Of a stretch of 64,000 bases of DNA, positions 10,185-21,424 are shown in pieces; position 1 is the stretch's first letter; each line of letters opens with the position of its first letter. This stretch comes from an uncultured candidate division Zixibacteria bacterium (GTDB lineage Bacteria > Zixibacteria > MSB-5A5 > RBG-16-43-9), in NCBI GenBank assembly GCA_963713865.1, contig OY970208.1, positions 384,001 to 448,000 on the forward strand. Reading direction: 5' to 3'. The notes beneath the pieces are model-generated. The model was not told the DNA's origin, did not search any database, and worked only from the letters and a program-made list of their open reading frames with translations. Both the position numbers and the translations under genes were made by a program.

Positions 10185-11483
10185 ATGATAGAAAGATATA
10201 CTCTGCCGCAGATGCAAGAGCTGTGGTCTGATGAGAACAAGTTCAGAAAATGGATAGAGATCGAAATCTTAGCCTGCGAGGCACAGGCGAAATTAGGAAA
10301 TATACCTAAAAATGTTATTCCGCGTATCCGGAAGAAGGCTGATTTCAATGTAGAAAAAATCAACCAGATCGAACAAAAGGTCAAGCACGACGTGATTGCC
10401 TTTTTGACCAATCTGGCGGAATATGTGGGAGAGGATTCAAAATATATTCACCTGGGAATGACCTCTTACGATGTGGTTGATACTGCGCTTTCCCTAATCT
10501 TAAAAGAGGCAGGAAATATTATCCTTAAAGATTTAGAAGGGTTAAGGAAGGTAGTCAGGAAAAAAGCTTTTCAATATAAAAAAACTCCTATGATCGGCAG
10601 GACTCACGGGGTTCAGGCTGAACCGATAAGTCTGGGTTTGAAATTCGCTTTATGGTATGCGGAGATCGAAAGGGATATAGAGAGACTGAAAAAAGCTATC
10701 AAGACTGTCTCAGTAGGGAAACTCTCCGGTGCAGTTGGTAATTTCGCTCATCTTTCCCCTAAGATTGAGGAATATGTCTGCAAAAAAGCAGGACTCGCTC
10801 CAGCTTCGGTTTCCACCCAGATATTACAGCGGGACAGACACGCAGAATTTGTAACCACAATGGCTCTAATTGCCGGGACAATTGAGAAATTCGCCACCGA
10901 GATAAGAAATCTCCAGCGAACTGAGATTTTAGAATTGGAAGAAGGATTTACCAAAGGACAAAAAGGCTCCTCCGCTATGCCGCACAAAAGAAACCCCTTT
11001 ATGTGCGAAAGGCTCACTGGAATGGCAAGAGTGGTCAGAGGAGATGCCTTAGCCGCTCTGGAAAATATGAATTTATGGCATGAAAGGGATATTACCAATT
11101 CTGCTGTGGAAAGGGTAATTCTGCCTGATTCCACCAGTTTGGTGGATTATATACTTGTGAATTTTACGCGGATTATGGAAAATCTGACCGTCTATACTGA
11201 AAATATGTTAAAGAATATAGACAAGACCAAAGGCTTGGTCTTCTCCCAGAGAGTCTTGACCAAACTAACCCAGAAAACCAAAACCAGAGAAGAAGCTTAC
11301 GCCTTAGTCCAGGAAAATGCAATGAAAGCCTGGAATTCAGGTGAGAGTTTTAAAGAATTAGTCCTACAGGACCAGAGGATAAAAAAATACCTGAGCCAGA
11401 AAGAGATTTTAGACTGCTTTGATTTAAAATATTATCTGAGGAATGTGGATTATATTTTCAAGAGGGTATTTAAGAGGAAGTAA
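10185..11483 (+). CDS. purB: Adenylosuccinate lyase
   Basis: MIERY, GRTHG, GSSAMPHKRNP signature. Confidence 0.97.
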   Translation: MIERYTLPQMQELWSDENKFRKWIEIEILACEAQAKLGNIPKNVIPRIRKKADFNVEKINQIEQKVKHDVIAFLTNLAEYVGEDSKYIHLGMTSYDVVDTALSLILKEAGNIILKDLEGLRKVVRKKAFQYKKTPMIGRTHGVQAEPISLGLKFALWYAEIERDIERLKKAIKTVSVGKLSGAVGNFAHLSPKIEEYVCKKAGLAPASVSTQILQRDRHAEFVTTMALIAGTIEKFATEIRNLQRTEILELEEGFTKGQKGSSAMPHKRNPFMCERLTGMARVVRGDALAALENMNLWHERDITNSAVERVILPDSTSLVDYILVNFTRIMENLTVYTENMLKNIDKTKGLVFSQRVLTKLTQKTKTREEAYALVQENAMKAWNSGESFKELVLQDQRIKKYLSQKEILDCFDLKYYLRNVDYIFKRVFKRK

Positions 11484-11486
11484 TCG

Positions 11487-14142
11487 ATGGAAAAAGAGAT
11501 AATGAAGAAACTAAAAGTGCTGGTTAATCTAGATGTAGATAAATACGTTCGGCGATCTGGTGAAAAAGTAGAGGAAAACGTTAAGATAAAACTGACCCTG
11601 CCCCTCCTTAGGCTTCTAGGCTATGATGATCAGAAAGATATGGATTTTGAGCATCACATAAGAAATAAAAGAGCGGACATAGCTCTGTTGTTTGAGGGAA
11701 AGCCCAAGTTAATAATCGAAACTAAAGACTTAGATGAGGATTTAGATAATCATATCGACCAGGCCTTAGATTACGCCTTTAAAAAAGGAGTGGATTGGGT
11801 AGTTTTAACCAATGGAGTTGAGATCAGGCTTTATAAATCGTTCATCACTGGTATATCACCTGTAGACAGAAAAATATTCTCTACCCATCTGAAGGAATTA
11901 GCCCAGAACATTCAAAAGTTTACAAGAAAGAATTTCCAAAGAGAATTTAAAAACCGCTCAGAAGATTATCCAAGAAGCTGAAGAGGTCAGGGAAAATATT
12001 ACTGCAAAAATCTTAGTAAAGGATTTAGCCGAGTGCAAGAAAAGATTGTTCCTTGACCTTTTTGACCAGTTTAAAGTTAGATATAAAACAGATGTAGAGT
12101 TTAAAAAGATTATAGATAACTGGGCAGATAGAGTTTCTATGAATTTAGATGATCCGAAACTTATAGATAAGCTTTGTATTGAGGGTGCTTATACCTTGAT
12201 TAATCGAGTTCTATTCTTGAGAATCTGTGAAGATAAAGGACATATAAAACCTAAGTTAACAAAAGATTCATTAAAGAAATGGAGGGAGATGGTGGAAAGG
12301 CCAAGCCGGATATTGGGTCTGGCCTTCTCAGAGATAGCAGATAGATTTGAAGGGCTTTATAAATCTCCTCTTTTCGATGATATAAAATTTGAAGATATTA
12401 AATGGAGTGATGATGTAGTAAACTTCATCCTGAATACCTTAGGTGAGCACGATTTTGGCAAAGTTACCAAAGATATCTTGGGACGGGCTTATGAACAACA
12501 TATAACCAAAGAAGAAAGAAAGGAATTAGGTCAATTTTACACACCTGATTTTGTTGTTGATTACATCCTGGACAGAATAGTGCTTTCGCCAGACAAAAAA
12601 ATCCTTGACCCGGCTTGTGGCTCTGGTGGGTTTTTGATGAAGTCTTATGATAGATTGAGAGACCTTTATAGAAAAGAGGATTGGGCTGAGGATAAAATTC
12701 ATAATGAGATTCTAAACAAAAATCTTTATGGGATAGATATTAATCCTTTTGCTACTCAACTTACAGTGATGAATCTGTTCTTAAAAGATTTAGACCATCC
12801 TACCAGTAACATACATATAGCTGAAGGTGATTCCTTAGAAAGATTAGAGAATTCTTTAGACTTGGATTATTTCCATAAAGAAAGCCCACTAAATAAAATT
12901 ACGAAATCAGATAAGAAGTTTTCGCATAACAAGATACTAAAAGAAATGCCCTTTGATGTGATTATTGGCAATCCCCCCTATATAAGTTTTGGAGTTAGAG
13001 GTTCAAGAGATACAGCTCAAAGGAAAAAAGCCTTATTAGAACGACTGAGGGAGAAGTATCCAAACTCGGCTGAATATAAAATCAGTTTATATGCGGTTTT
13101 TATGCAAAGAGGAATCGAGCTATTGAAACCAGGCGGAAAGTTTGGTTTCATTGTGCCGGATAGCTTTTTGTTGGGCAGGTATTTTTCTAAATTAAGACAG
13201 TATATTTTAAACAACTGTGCTATTGAAGAAATAACCTTGTTTAAGAAGGACTTCTGGAAGTATGGTGTCGTTGGAAGACCAGTGATTATCATACTTAGAA
13301 AAGAATTGGATGAAAAGAAGAGGAAAGAGAATAAATTAACTGCTCGGCTTTATTCTACTCAGTATGACATCCAGAAAATAAGTTTCAAATCTTATTCTTA
13401 TGAACAAAACTATTTTGAAAACACATTACATAATCGTTTTAGGCTGTTTTTTGATAAAGAGTCAAAAGTATTTGTAGAAAAGTTGGAGAGAAAAAGTAGA
13501 ATTCTGGGTGGAGAAAAAGGAATTGTCTCTATCCATACAGGTATTAGATCAAAAATAGGACAGAAAAAAATTGTTGGAGAAGCAAAAAAAGGTGTAAATT
13601 GGAAAAGAGGATTGATTTCCGGAGGACAAATTAATAGATACTCATTAAAATATGAAGGACATTTTATCAACATTGAACCTGAACTATTGTGGTCTGGTGG
13701 TTGGGACCCTGAAATTATTCAAAACAAGAAACTACTGCTTAGAAAAACTGGGGACAGCTTAATTACTACTTATGATGACAAAGGTTATTATCATCTTGAT
13801 AACCTTCATTCTATAGTCCTAAAGGATAGAGACTGCAACTTAAAATATATTTTGTCAGTTTTAAACTCCAACCTAATGAATAAATATTACAAATTCATAA
13901 GTTTAGAATCAGGACGGGTTATGGCTCAGACCGATATTGAGACGATTGAACAATTGCCAATTAGGCCAGCATCTAAAGAAAAACAAAAAGAGATTGCAAG
14001 ACTGGTGGATAAAATCCTTTTATTAAATGAACAGCTAAATAAGACAAAATCGGCCAAAGAATCTCAACAGCTTAAATCCCAGATTGAAGAGATAGATCAA
14101 CAAATTGAAGAAAAAATAAAGAAAATCTATGAAGTTGATTAA
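11487..14142 (+). pseudogene. Single-polypeptide restriction-modification enzyme (type IIG-like: HsdR_N-like nuclease, N6-adenine MTase, TRD), split by one extra base near 11901
   Basis: ADIAL..IETK and LTNG nuclease motifs; GQFYTP, DPACGSGGF, IGNPPY; second frame is open from 11902 (PRTFKSLQERISKE). Confidence 0.85.
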
Positions 14143-14178
14143 ATATCAATTTAATAAATTCTTTATTAAGGAATTAGT

Positions 14179-14823
14179 ATGACCAAGGACGGTTTAGGCA
14201 TTATAGTTATCAGTTTAATTTTAACCATCTTTCTCTTTTTGCTCTCGGTTTTAACCAGAAGCAAAATCATCTCAGGAATTACTGTTCTTTTTTTAGCAAT
14301 TACTCTTTTTATTGTTTTTTTCTTTCGAGACCCGGAAAGGAAGATTGCTCAGGAAGAAAATATAATATTTGCCCCTGCGGATGGAAAAATTTTTGAGCTT
14401 CTCCCTTTTTCTGAGAACAGTTTCATAAACTCCCCTGGCACCAAAGTCTCTATTTTTTTATCTCTTTGGGATGTGCATATAAACAGAAATCCGATAAGCG
14501 GGATAGTAAAATATTCAAAATATACTCCCGGCAGGTTCAATCCTGCCTATAAAGAAAAAGCGTCAGCCGAGAATGAAAGTAATGAGCTCGGTTTAGAGAA
14601 TGAGAAGATTAAATTAGTCTTGAAACAGATTGCTGGGACTATTGCCCGCAGGATAGTCTGCCGAATAAAAGAAGGGGATAAAATTATAGCTGGAGAAAGA
14701 TTCGGGATGATAAAGTTCGGCTCAAGGGTTGAGCTTTTTCTCCCGCAGAAGGCTAAGATTTTAGTGAAGTTAGGTCAGAAGGTTAAGGCAGGTGAAACTG
14801 TAATCGGTACGTATGAAGTGTAA
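14179..14823 (+). CDS. psd: Phosphatidylserine decarboxylase
   Basis: FFRDPER, PADG, DVHINR, KFGSRV cleavage site. Confidence 0.95.
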   Translation: MTKDGLGIIVISLILTIFLFLLSVLTRSKIISGITVLFLAITLFIVFFFRDPERKIAQEENIIFAPADGKIFELLPFSENSFINSPGTKVSIFLSLWDVHINRNPISGIVKYSKYTPGRFNPAYKEKASAENESNELGLENEKIKLVLKQIAGTIARRIVCRIKEGDKIIAGERFGMIKFGSRVELFLPQKAKILVKLGQKVKAGETVIGTYEV

Positions 14824-14853
14824 AGCTTCAGGAAAAATGGAAAAATCCAGAAC

Positions 14854-14949
14854 TGTCATTCTGAGGAAGTCCCCTCCGGGGACGACCGAAGAATCTCTTT
14901 GATTCTTAGGAAGATTCTTCGTTCGCCTACGGCGAGACTCAGAATGACA
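14854..14949. repeat. Palindromic MITE/REP-like element with TGTCATTCTGAG...CTCAGAATGACA ends
   Basis: 12-bp perfect terminal IR, internal CGAAGAATCT/AGATTCTTCG; second copy at 55763-55849. Confidence 0.8.
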
Positions 14950-15050
14950 CTTTGTTAGTTCTGGTTATAAATAACGCGTAAAGGCGGAGTTAAACTCCAC
15001 CCCTACGTGAGCAAAAATACCCAATGAATTGGGCAACTATATAAAATTAT

Positions 15051-15776
15051 ATGAGAAATTTTAAAGGAATCTTTCCAGGGGTTTTCACCGTGGGCAATAT
15101 GCTCTGCGGGTTTATCTCCATCCTGCAGAGCTTCGAAGGTGAGGCCATCCATGCGGCCTGGCTTATAATCTTAGCCGGTTTTTTCGATGCCCTGGATGGC
15201 AAGATCGCCCGTATTTCCAGGAGCGCTTCCCGCTTCGGCATAGAGCTGGACTCCTTTGCAGATTTCGTCTCCTTTGGCATAGCTCCTGCAGTCATCTTCT
15301 ATTCTTTCAGACTCTATGTCCTGGGAACCTGGGGTTGGCTTCTCGGTTTTTTGTTCATTATCTGCGGGGCTTTCAGATTAGCACGATTTAACATAGAAGC
15401 AAGACTTGAGGAAAAACCATATTTTACCGGACTCCCCATTCCAGCTGCGGCTGTTACCCTTTGTGGTTATACCCTTTTTTCCTATGAATTGTGGGGGGAG
15501 CTTTTATATCCTGAGGTTTTAATCACTTTAATTATAGTTTTTTCCGCATTAATGGTCTCGGGTATAGAATATGAGACCCTGCCAAGATTTTCCTTGAATT
15601 CTAAAAAGAATTTGATTAAACTGATTTATATACTGGTAGCTCTGATTGCCGTGCTGTTAAAACCCAGACTGGCTATCTTCCCCTTGGGGATGATTTATGT
15701 TCTTTCCGGAATTGCGAGGGAGGTTTACCAGTTAGTGCACATGGAACCAAAAAACGAAAAACTCGTAGATAAATAA
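15051..15776 (+). CDS. pssA: CDP-diacylglycerol--serine O-phosphatidyltransferase
   Basis: DALDGKIAR..G.ELDS.AD CDP-alcohol motif; follows psd. Confidence 0.95.
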   Translation: MRNFKGIFPGVFTVGNMLCGFISILQSFEGEAIHAAWLIILAGFFDALDGKIARISRSASRFGIELDSFADFVSFGIAPAVIFYSFRLYVLGTWGWLLGFLFIICGAFRLARFNIEARLEEKPYFTGLPIPAAAVTLCGYTLFSYELWGELLYPEVLITLIIVFSALMVSGIEYETLPRFSLNSKKNLIKLIYILVALIAVLLKPRLAIFPLGMIYVLSGIAREVYQLVHMEPKNEKLVDK

Positions 15777-16069
15777 TGAAGGTTCCTCCTAAAAAAGAGA
15801 AAGGTATGGAAAAAAAAGAAAAATCAGGTAAGGCCATAGTTTATGTCAGGCTAAAAGAAGGGGTCTTGGATCCTCAAGGCACCACCATCAAAAGGGCTCT
15901 GGAGGATATGGGGTATAAGGGGATCGAAGAGGTAAGGAGCGGTAAGTTTTTCGAGATAATTTTTCATTCCACAACCAAAAAAGAAGGTTTGAAACTGGTA
16001 AATAATATCTCCGATAAGCTTTTAGCCAACCCGGTGATCGAGGATTTCAAGGTGGAGATTTTAAAATGA
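15776..16069 (+). CDS. purS: FGAM synthase subunit PurS
   Basis: [18 protein letters not shown]. Confidence 0.95.
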   Translation: MKVPPKKEKGMEKKEKSGKAIVYVRLKEGVLDPQGTTIKRALEDMGYKGIEEVRSGKFFEIIFHSTTKKEGLKLVNNISDKLLANPVIEDFKVEILK

Positions 16070-16767
16070 AATTCGGTGTGATCATCTTTCCCGGCTCCAA
16101 CTGCGACTACGATGCTTACCAGATGGTAAAATCGGTGATAAAAGAGAATGTTGAGTTTCTCTGGCATCAGGAAAAAGACCTCAAGAATTTCGACTGCGTG
16201 ATCTTGCCTGGTGGATTTTCTTATGGGGATTATCTGCGCACTGGTGCCATTGCCCGGTTTGCTCCCATTATGAAGGAGGTCTATAACTTTGCAGAAAAAG
16301 GCGGGCTGGTCATAGGTATCTGCAATGGCTTTCAAATCCTTTTAGAGGCAAACCTTCTACCCGGAGCTATGTTGAGAAACTCCTCTTTGAGATTTGTCTG
16401 CAAATATGTCTATCTCCGGACAGAAGAAACAGATACTCCATTTACCAATGCCTGCCAGAAATCCCAGGTCTTGAAGATCCCTGTAGCTCATACCGATGGG
16501 AATTATTATATATCCGATGAAGGGCTTAAAAAACTGAAAGATAATAACCAGATAGTCTTCCGGTATTGCAATCCACAAGGAAAATTTGACCCGGCTTATA
16601 ATCCCAATGGTGCTTTGGACAACATTGCCGGCATCTGCAACTTTAAAAGGAATGTGCTGGGGATGATGCCTCACCCGGAAAGAAGTGGTGAAAATATCCT
16701 GGGGTCTGAAGACGGAAGATATATCTTCGAATCGGTAGTCAATTTTATCAAAGGGAAAGCAAATTGA
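16066..16767 (+). CDS. purQ: FGAM synthase glutaminase subunit PurQ
   Basis: [32 protein letters not shown]. Confidence 0.97.
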   Translation: MKFGVIIFPGSNCDYDAYQMVKSVIKENVEFLWHQEKDLKNFDCVILPGGFSYGDYLRTGAIARFAPIMKEVYNFAEKGGLVIGICNGFQILLEANLLPGAMLRNSSLRFVCKYVYLRTEETDTPFTNACQKSQVLKIPVAHTDGNYYISDEGLKKLKDNNQIVFRYCNPQGKFDPAYNPNGALDNIAGICNFKRNVLGMMPHPERSGENILGSEDGRYIFESVVNFIKGKAN

Positions 16768-17030
16768 AGAAGGCAGAGATAGTCTCGATAGTAATCGCCC
16801 TGGTTTTAGCTGCAGTTATCGGTGGTTTGATCGGCGATTTAATCGGATCTTTCATCCCTGAGGGTGCGGTCAGAACCCTTTTCAAAGGGAGCGTAGATAT
16901 AGGTTTTAAAACCATATCTTTTGATTTCTATTCTATCTCCTTCACCATAGGATTGATGGTGAAGATCAATTTCGTATCGATCCTGATGGTAATTTTAGTA
17001 ATCGTTTATTTCAGATGGTGGTATTTGTGA
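16764..17030 (+). CDS. Small membrane protein (DUF4321-like)
   Basis: TM helix, beta hairpin, TM helix; 88 aa. Confidence 0.6.
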   Translation: MKKAEIVSIVIALVLAAVIGGLIGDLIGSFIPEGAVRTLFKGSVDIGFKTISFDFYSISFTIGLMVKINFVSILMVILVIVYFRWWYL

Positions 17031-17065
17031 TAATAGGTATCAGGTTGTAGGTAATAGGTTATAGG
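17031..17065 (+). repeat. Five tandem degenerate heptamers (TnnnAGG)
   Basis: taatagg tatcagg ttgtagg taatagg ttatagg. Confidence 0.7.
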
Positions 17066-17074
17066 AAAAAAGAA

Positions 17075-17521
17075 ATGGGAATCTTTTCAGAAAAAGACAT
17101 AAAAAAGATTGAAACCTGTCTTGAGCCAGAAAGTCTCGGTCAGGAAAAAGACCATTATCGATTGAAAATTGTCAACCGCAAAGAGAAAAGAAGCGTTATC
17201 TTAGAGCTTTATCCAGAGATAACTTTGGGAAAGACCAAAGGTCCTTTAGTTGTAGTTTATACTTCTAATTGTCATTTACAATTGCACAATGTCTCCGGAT
17301 ACGTGATCAGCGAGGAATTAGGAGAAGTTACTTTTGTGGGAGAGGATGTGGGAAAAGTCTCCGGCCTGGTGGTAGAGAAAGAAGCTGGCTGTGCTTTCTA
17401 TGCCAATGTTAAAAGAGAGCTTATCTCCGGCGATTTTACTAAATTAGGTGTAGAGGTAATGCTCTCTGGAGTAGCGCTTTCTTTAGCAGAGGAGATTTTA
17501 GAGAAGAAGAAAGGTAACTGA
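17075..17521 (+). CDS. Hypothetical protein
   Basis: 148-aa ORF continuing the operon; no motif recognised. Confidence 0.7.
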   Translation: MGIFSEKDIKKIETCLEPESLGQEKDHYRLKIVNRKEKRSVILELYPEITLGKTKGPLVVVYTSNCHLQLHNVSGYVISEELGEVTFVGEDVGKVSGLVVEKEAGCAFYANVKRELISGDFTKLGVEVMLSGVALSLAEEILEKKKGN

Positions 17522-17644
17522 AACTTTAACCCTGCATTGGTGGAACAGACATCCTGTCTGTTCATCGGTAGCGTCCTTAATCTGTGAGGACGTTTTTACG
17601 TTGCCTCAGGAGAAGTAACGTTACAATAGCTAATAACATATAAT

Positions 17645-17671
17645 AAAAAAGCCCCCTACGGGGGCTTTTTT
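17645..17671. terminator. Bidirectional intrinsic terminator
   Basis: AAAAAAGCCCCC-TAC-GGGGGCTTTTTT between convergent genes. Confidence 0.9.
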
Positions 17672-17684
17672 ACTGGGGTATAGA

Positions 17685-18830
17685 TCAGGTAGCTGTAGGA
17701 GGAGGGGCAAGATACTTCTTAATCTGAAAGACAGACCCAAAACCAACGAAAAGAGCCAAAAGATATACTATCCAGTGAATATAAGGAATCAGAAACAGTA
17801 TATAGAGGATAACCAGTCCAACAATTAATGACCAGGCAGGAGCTGGAAGTCCATCGGTCTTGAAGAGTTTTAAAACTTTTTCACCCAGGGCGAACCCTAC
17901 GAAAATTTTGGCTATATAGACCAGAATCAGATAGGCGAAGATAACTATTATCGATATAGGTATGCCAATAATCGTAAAAAGCAATATTAGAGCCGCAACC
18001 GGAATACAGATCACAAAGACAAATCCTAATCCTAAATTTTTGAGGAAATCTTTGAATACCGCTTCTTTAACTGCTTTAAACTCTTTTTTAGCCACGAGAA
18101 GCATAAGCAACCCAGTCGCAATCGAGGCACACAATAATAAAAATTTGATTACAAGCTTACCCCCGGTTAACCCTCCCCCTTTTATCTTCTTGGGAATAAC
18201 TTTAGTCCACTTGGTCTCTCCGGTTATCTGAGCACCCTTCTCGATTTTGGCTTCTTTTTTGCTTTTATAAAAAAGGTTCCCGTTTATCTTCGCATCCGGC
18301 ATTATGGAAATCTCATCTGCTTGTATATTAACGTCACCATCTATAACTCCGGAGATAACCACAGAGCCTACGCTTCCCTTTACTCCTTTGCCTACCTTGC
18401 CGGAGATCTTTAACTCACCGCAGAAGGCGATGACATCTCCACCGATCTCAGAGTTATCTTTAAGATTAATGCTGGCGGCAAACCCTAAAAAATTTCTTTT
18501 GAGCTTGCCATCTAAGCTGATATTCTGGGCACCCCCGCGAAAGCTACCCCCCACCTCTCCGGAGATATCCAGGTCACGTGCAACTGCCATCAGGTTTCCG
18601 CCAATCACCCCTTTACTGGTCAAAGTCTGACTGCCGGAGACAAAGTCCCCCTCCACCTTACCTGAAAATTTGATATTATTCCCGGCAACAAAATAGTCAT
18701 CCTGAATCAGGGTTGACTCCGGGATGACTATGTTCTCACCACCTTTGAGTACTGTAGCTTGGATTAATTGGGGTAAGAAAGCTAAAGTGCAAAATATAAA
18801 AAGAATCAGAAACTTAAATAATTTAATCAT
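17685..18830 (-). CDS. Membrane protein with bactofilin-like beta-helix repeats
   Basis: Signal peptide, G.V.GD repeats, C-terminal TM bundle. Confidence 0.75.
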   Translation of the reverse strand: MIKLFKFLILFIFCTLAFLPQLIQATVLKGGENIVIPESTLIQDDYFVAGNNIKFSGKVEGDFVSGSQTLTSKGVIGGNLMAVARDLDISGEVGGSFRGGAQNISLDGKLKRNFLGFAASINLKDNSEIGGDVIAFCGELKISGKVGKGVKGSVGSVVISGVIDGDVNIQADEISIMPDAKINGNLFYKSKKEAKIEKGAQITGETKWTKVIPKKIKGGGLTGGKLVIKFLLLCASIATGLLMLLVAKKEFKAVKEAVFKDFLKNLGLGFVFVICIPVAALILLFTIIGIPISIIVIFAYLILVYIAKIFVGFALGEKVLKLFKTDGLPAPAWSLIVGLVILYILFLIPYIHWIVYLLALFVGFGSVFQIKKYLAPPPTAT

Positions 18831-18974
18831 ACTTCCTCCTTTTTGTCTTCTATTTAACTTTACGAGTAAAAATTTCCTTTGGTTTCAAATAAATTTTTAT
18901 TAATATATATACTTAAGTTTTGAGGTCAATGTTTTTTGGGATTGCCTTGAAAATAAATGTCTTTGCAAAAACTT

Positions 18975-19096
18975 TGGAGTGCCCCCCTTTTGGCGGGGTG
19001 AAAAATGAATTCTCTTTTAAAATCCGCCCAGGGAAAGATAAAGCTGAAGTCTTCACCAGGATCCTGTGGGCAAGACCTTGACGGTTTTACACTCCA
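18975..19096. repeat. Small element with TGGAGTG...CACTCCA ends
   Basis: 7-bp IR; same termini as 55681-55895. Confidence 0.4.
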
Positions 19097-19126
19097 TTAA
19101 TTTCTCTTATATGAGGAGATTCTTAG

Positions 19127-19640
19127 ATGGAAGAACAAAGAAAAGATAAGCCCGAAATATGTTTTTCAGAATATCCCAAAAGAATTATCCTGGGCAGGCT
19201 GCTTCTTCTGTTAGTCATCTTTGGCTCAGGGATTTATATCTTCTATCAGCTTAGAGCTGAATTATCCTATATCTATATTTTTTACAGTTTCTTAGCTATA
19301 AGTTTAGTCCTCCCTTTGTCCCGTTGCATCTTCTGTTCTTATCATGGTAAATATTGTAATACCGGCTGGGGTAAAGTTGCAGGTTACCTTTTTCCTAAAA
19401 GGAATGAAGATAAATTCAGCTCAGGATACGATTATATGCTTTTTATTTATCCTGTTCTGGTTTTTTCCTTTATTAGGCACATTAGTTCAACTGGTTAGAT
19501 TAAGAAATCTTTTCTGGTTAATTTTTTCAGGAGCATATATTTTTGTGTTGTTTTTAGAGAAGGTTTATTTGAAAAACTCTGCCTGTAGGTTCTGCTTTCA
19601 GAAAATGATTTGCCCAGGTGTCCCTTTTAATTCTAAATAG
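19127..19640 (+). pseudogene. Cys-motif 4-TM membrane protein split by a missing base near 19455
   Basis: RCIFCSYHGKYC in the first part, CRFC..C in the second; adding one T gives a continuous YPVFWFFPLLG. Confidence 0.7.
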
Positions 19641-19660
19641 ACAAACTAAAGGTTGGAAAT

Positions 19661-21337
19661 ATGAACCTGCTGTTGATTACTCTTTTTGCCGGGCTAATCC
19701 TCTTAGGGGCTTATTTTCTCTATGGAAGGTTCTTAGAGAAAAAGCTAAGCTTAGATAATAATAACCCGGTTCCCTCTCAGACGATGTATGATGGAGTGGA
19801 TTATATCCCTACGCGTAAGACACTTCTTTTGGGTCAGCATTTCTCAGCTATTGCTGCGGCTGGTCCCATTGTAGGACCTATCCTAGCTGGTCTTCTATTC
19901 GGCTGGGTGCCAGCTCTACTTTGGATCCTGGTAGGCTCAATCTTTATAGGTGGAGTGCACGATTTAACCGCCCTGGTAGCTTCAGTAAGACATAAAGCCA
20001 GGTCTATTGCTGAAGTGGTTAAGGAACATATGAGTAGAAGAGCTTATTTACTTTTTCTTCTGTTCATCTGGTTTTCCCTGGTATATGTGATAGTAGCTTT
20101 CACCGATATTACTGCCAGTGCTTTTACCCAGAAAACCTATGGGGCTGGCGTCGCCTCCTCCTCTTTTCTTTATCTTTCTTTAGCTTTCCTTATGGGGTTG
20201 GTTCTTTACAAGCTAAAGTTCCCTTTATGGCTTTCCACTCTTATCTTTTTACCTCTGGTAATCTTCGCTATCTGGTATGGACAGAAAATACCTATTACCC
20301 TGCCCTCATTTTTAGGACTGGAACCACTTAAAACCTGGGACCTTATTCTCCTTTTATACTGCTTTACCGCCTCGATCATCCCTTTGTGGCTGCTGCTTCA
20401 GCCACGTGGATATTTAGGAGGGCTTTTTCTGTATGGAACGCTTTTAGCCGGGATAATGGGGATACTTTTTGGAGGATTCAAGATCAATTACCCTCCGTTC
20501 ATAGGATTTAAGAGCATGGATGTAATTCCAATTTTCCCGGTACTTTTCATCACCGTAGCCTGTGGAGCCTGTTCCGGTTTTCATGCTATTGTAAGTTCAG
20601 GCACATCCTCTAAACAGCTCAAAAAAGAAAAAGATGCTAAATTGATCGGTTATGGAGGGATGCTCTTAGAAGGTTTAGTAGCAGTTATTGCCTTAGCTAC
20701 TTTGATGATGCTTACCAGGTTCGGAGCTTTATCCAAAGCAAAGCCGGATGAAATTTATGCCAATGGGATCAGCAATTTCTTATCGATTTTCAATATCAAT
20801 CGTGATTTCGCTATGAGCTTTGGACTTTTAGCTTTTGCCACCTTTATCTATGATACCTTAGACGTTTGTACCAGATTGGGTAGATATGTATTCCAGGAGC
20901 TAACTGACTGGAGAGGTAAATTCTCTAAAGCTGGTCCAACTCTCATAACTCTTTTAATTCCGGCTTTTTCAGTTATGGTGCAGGTAAAGGACTCATCTGG
21001 CAACCTGTTGCCAGCCTGGAGGATTTTCTGGTCCCTTTTTGGAACCAGCAATCAGCTTTTGGCAGCTTTAACTCTTTTAGGAGTAACAGTCTGGCTAAAG
21101 GAGACCAGGAAAGCCTGGTATTACACAGTTATACCTATGGCTTTTATGCTAATTATGACTTTATGGTCACTTATTTTGATGATTTTACCATGGTTAGGAA
21201 AGCTTTTTTCTGGCAACTTTATCATAGAAGTTATCCCTTTATGTGCTTTAGTCCTTTTAACCTTAGCTATACTCCTCTTAACTGAAGCCTTAAGGAGCCT
21301 GTTTTTTAAAAAATCTAATCTCAGAACAAATATTTGA
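19661..21337 (+). CDS. cstA: Carbon starvation protein A family transporter
   Basis: GQHFSAIAAAGPIVGP, ACGACSGFH, YGGMLLEG. Confidence 0.93.
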   Translation: MNLLLITLFAGLILLGAYFLYGRFLEKKLSLDNNNPVPSQTMYDGVDYIPTRKTLLLGQHFSAIAAAGPIVGPILAGLLFGWVPALLWILVGSIFIGGVHDLTALVASVRHKARSIAEVVKEHMSRRAYLLFLLFIWFSLVYVIVAFTDITASAFTQKTYGAGVASSSFLYLSLAFLMGLVLYKLKFPLWLSTLIFLPLVIFAIWYGQKIPITLPSFLGLEPLKTWDLILLLYCFTASIIPLWLLLQPRGYLGGLFLYGTLLAGIMGILFGGFKINYPPFIGFKSMDVIPIFPVLFITVACGACSGFHAIVSSGTSSKQLKKEKDAKLIGYGGMLLEGLVAVIALATLMMLTRFGALSKAKPDEIYANGISNFLSIFNINRDFAMSFGLLAFATFIYDTLDVCTRLGRYVFQELTDWRGKFSKAGPTLITLLIPAFSVMVQVKDSSGNLLPAWRIFWSLFGTSNQLLAALTLLGVTVWLKETRKAWYYTVIPMAFMLIMTLWSLILMILPWLGKLFSGNFIIEVIPLCALVLLTLAILLLTEALRSLFFKKSNLRTNI

Positions 21338-21424
21338 TTTCGACTTTCTGCCGATAAAAAAAGTAAGCTTTTGAATTTGGCTGGTTCAATTCTCAAGACT
21401 CAAATTCGAGCTAAAAAGGCTTTT

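Noticed and set aside
11881-11981. Phase variation or programmed frameshift in the R-M gene
   Set aside because: No long homopolymer, SSR or clear slippery site at the inferred shift point
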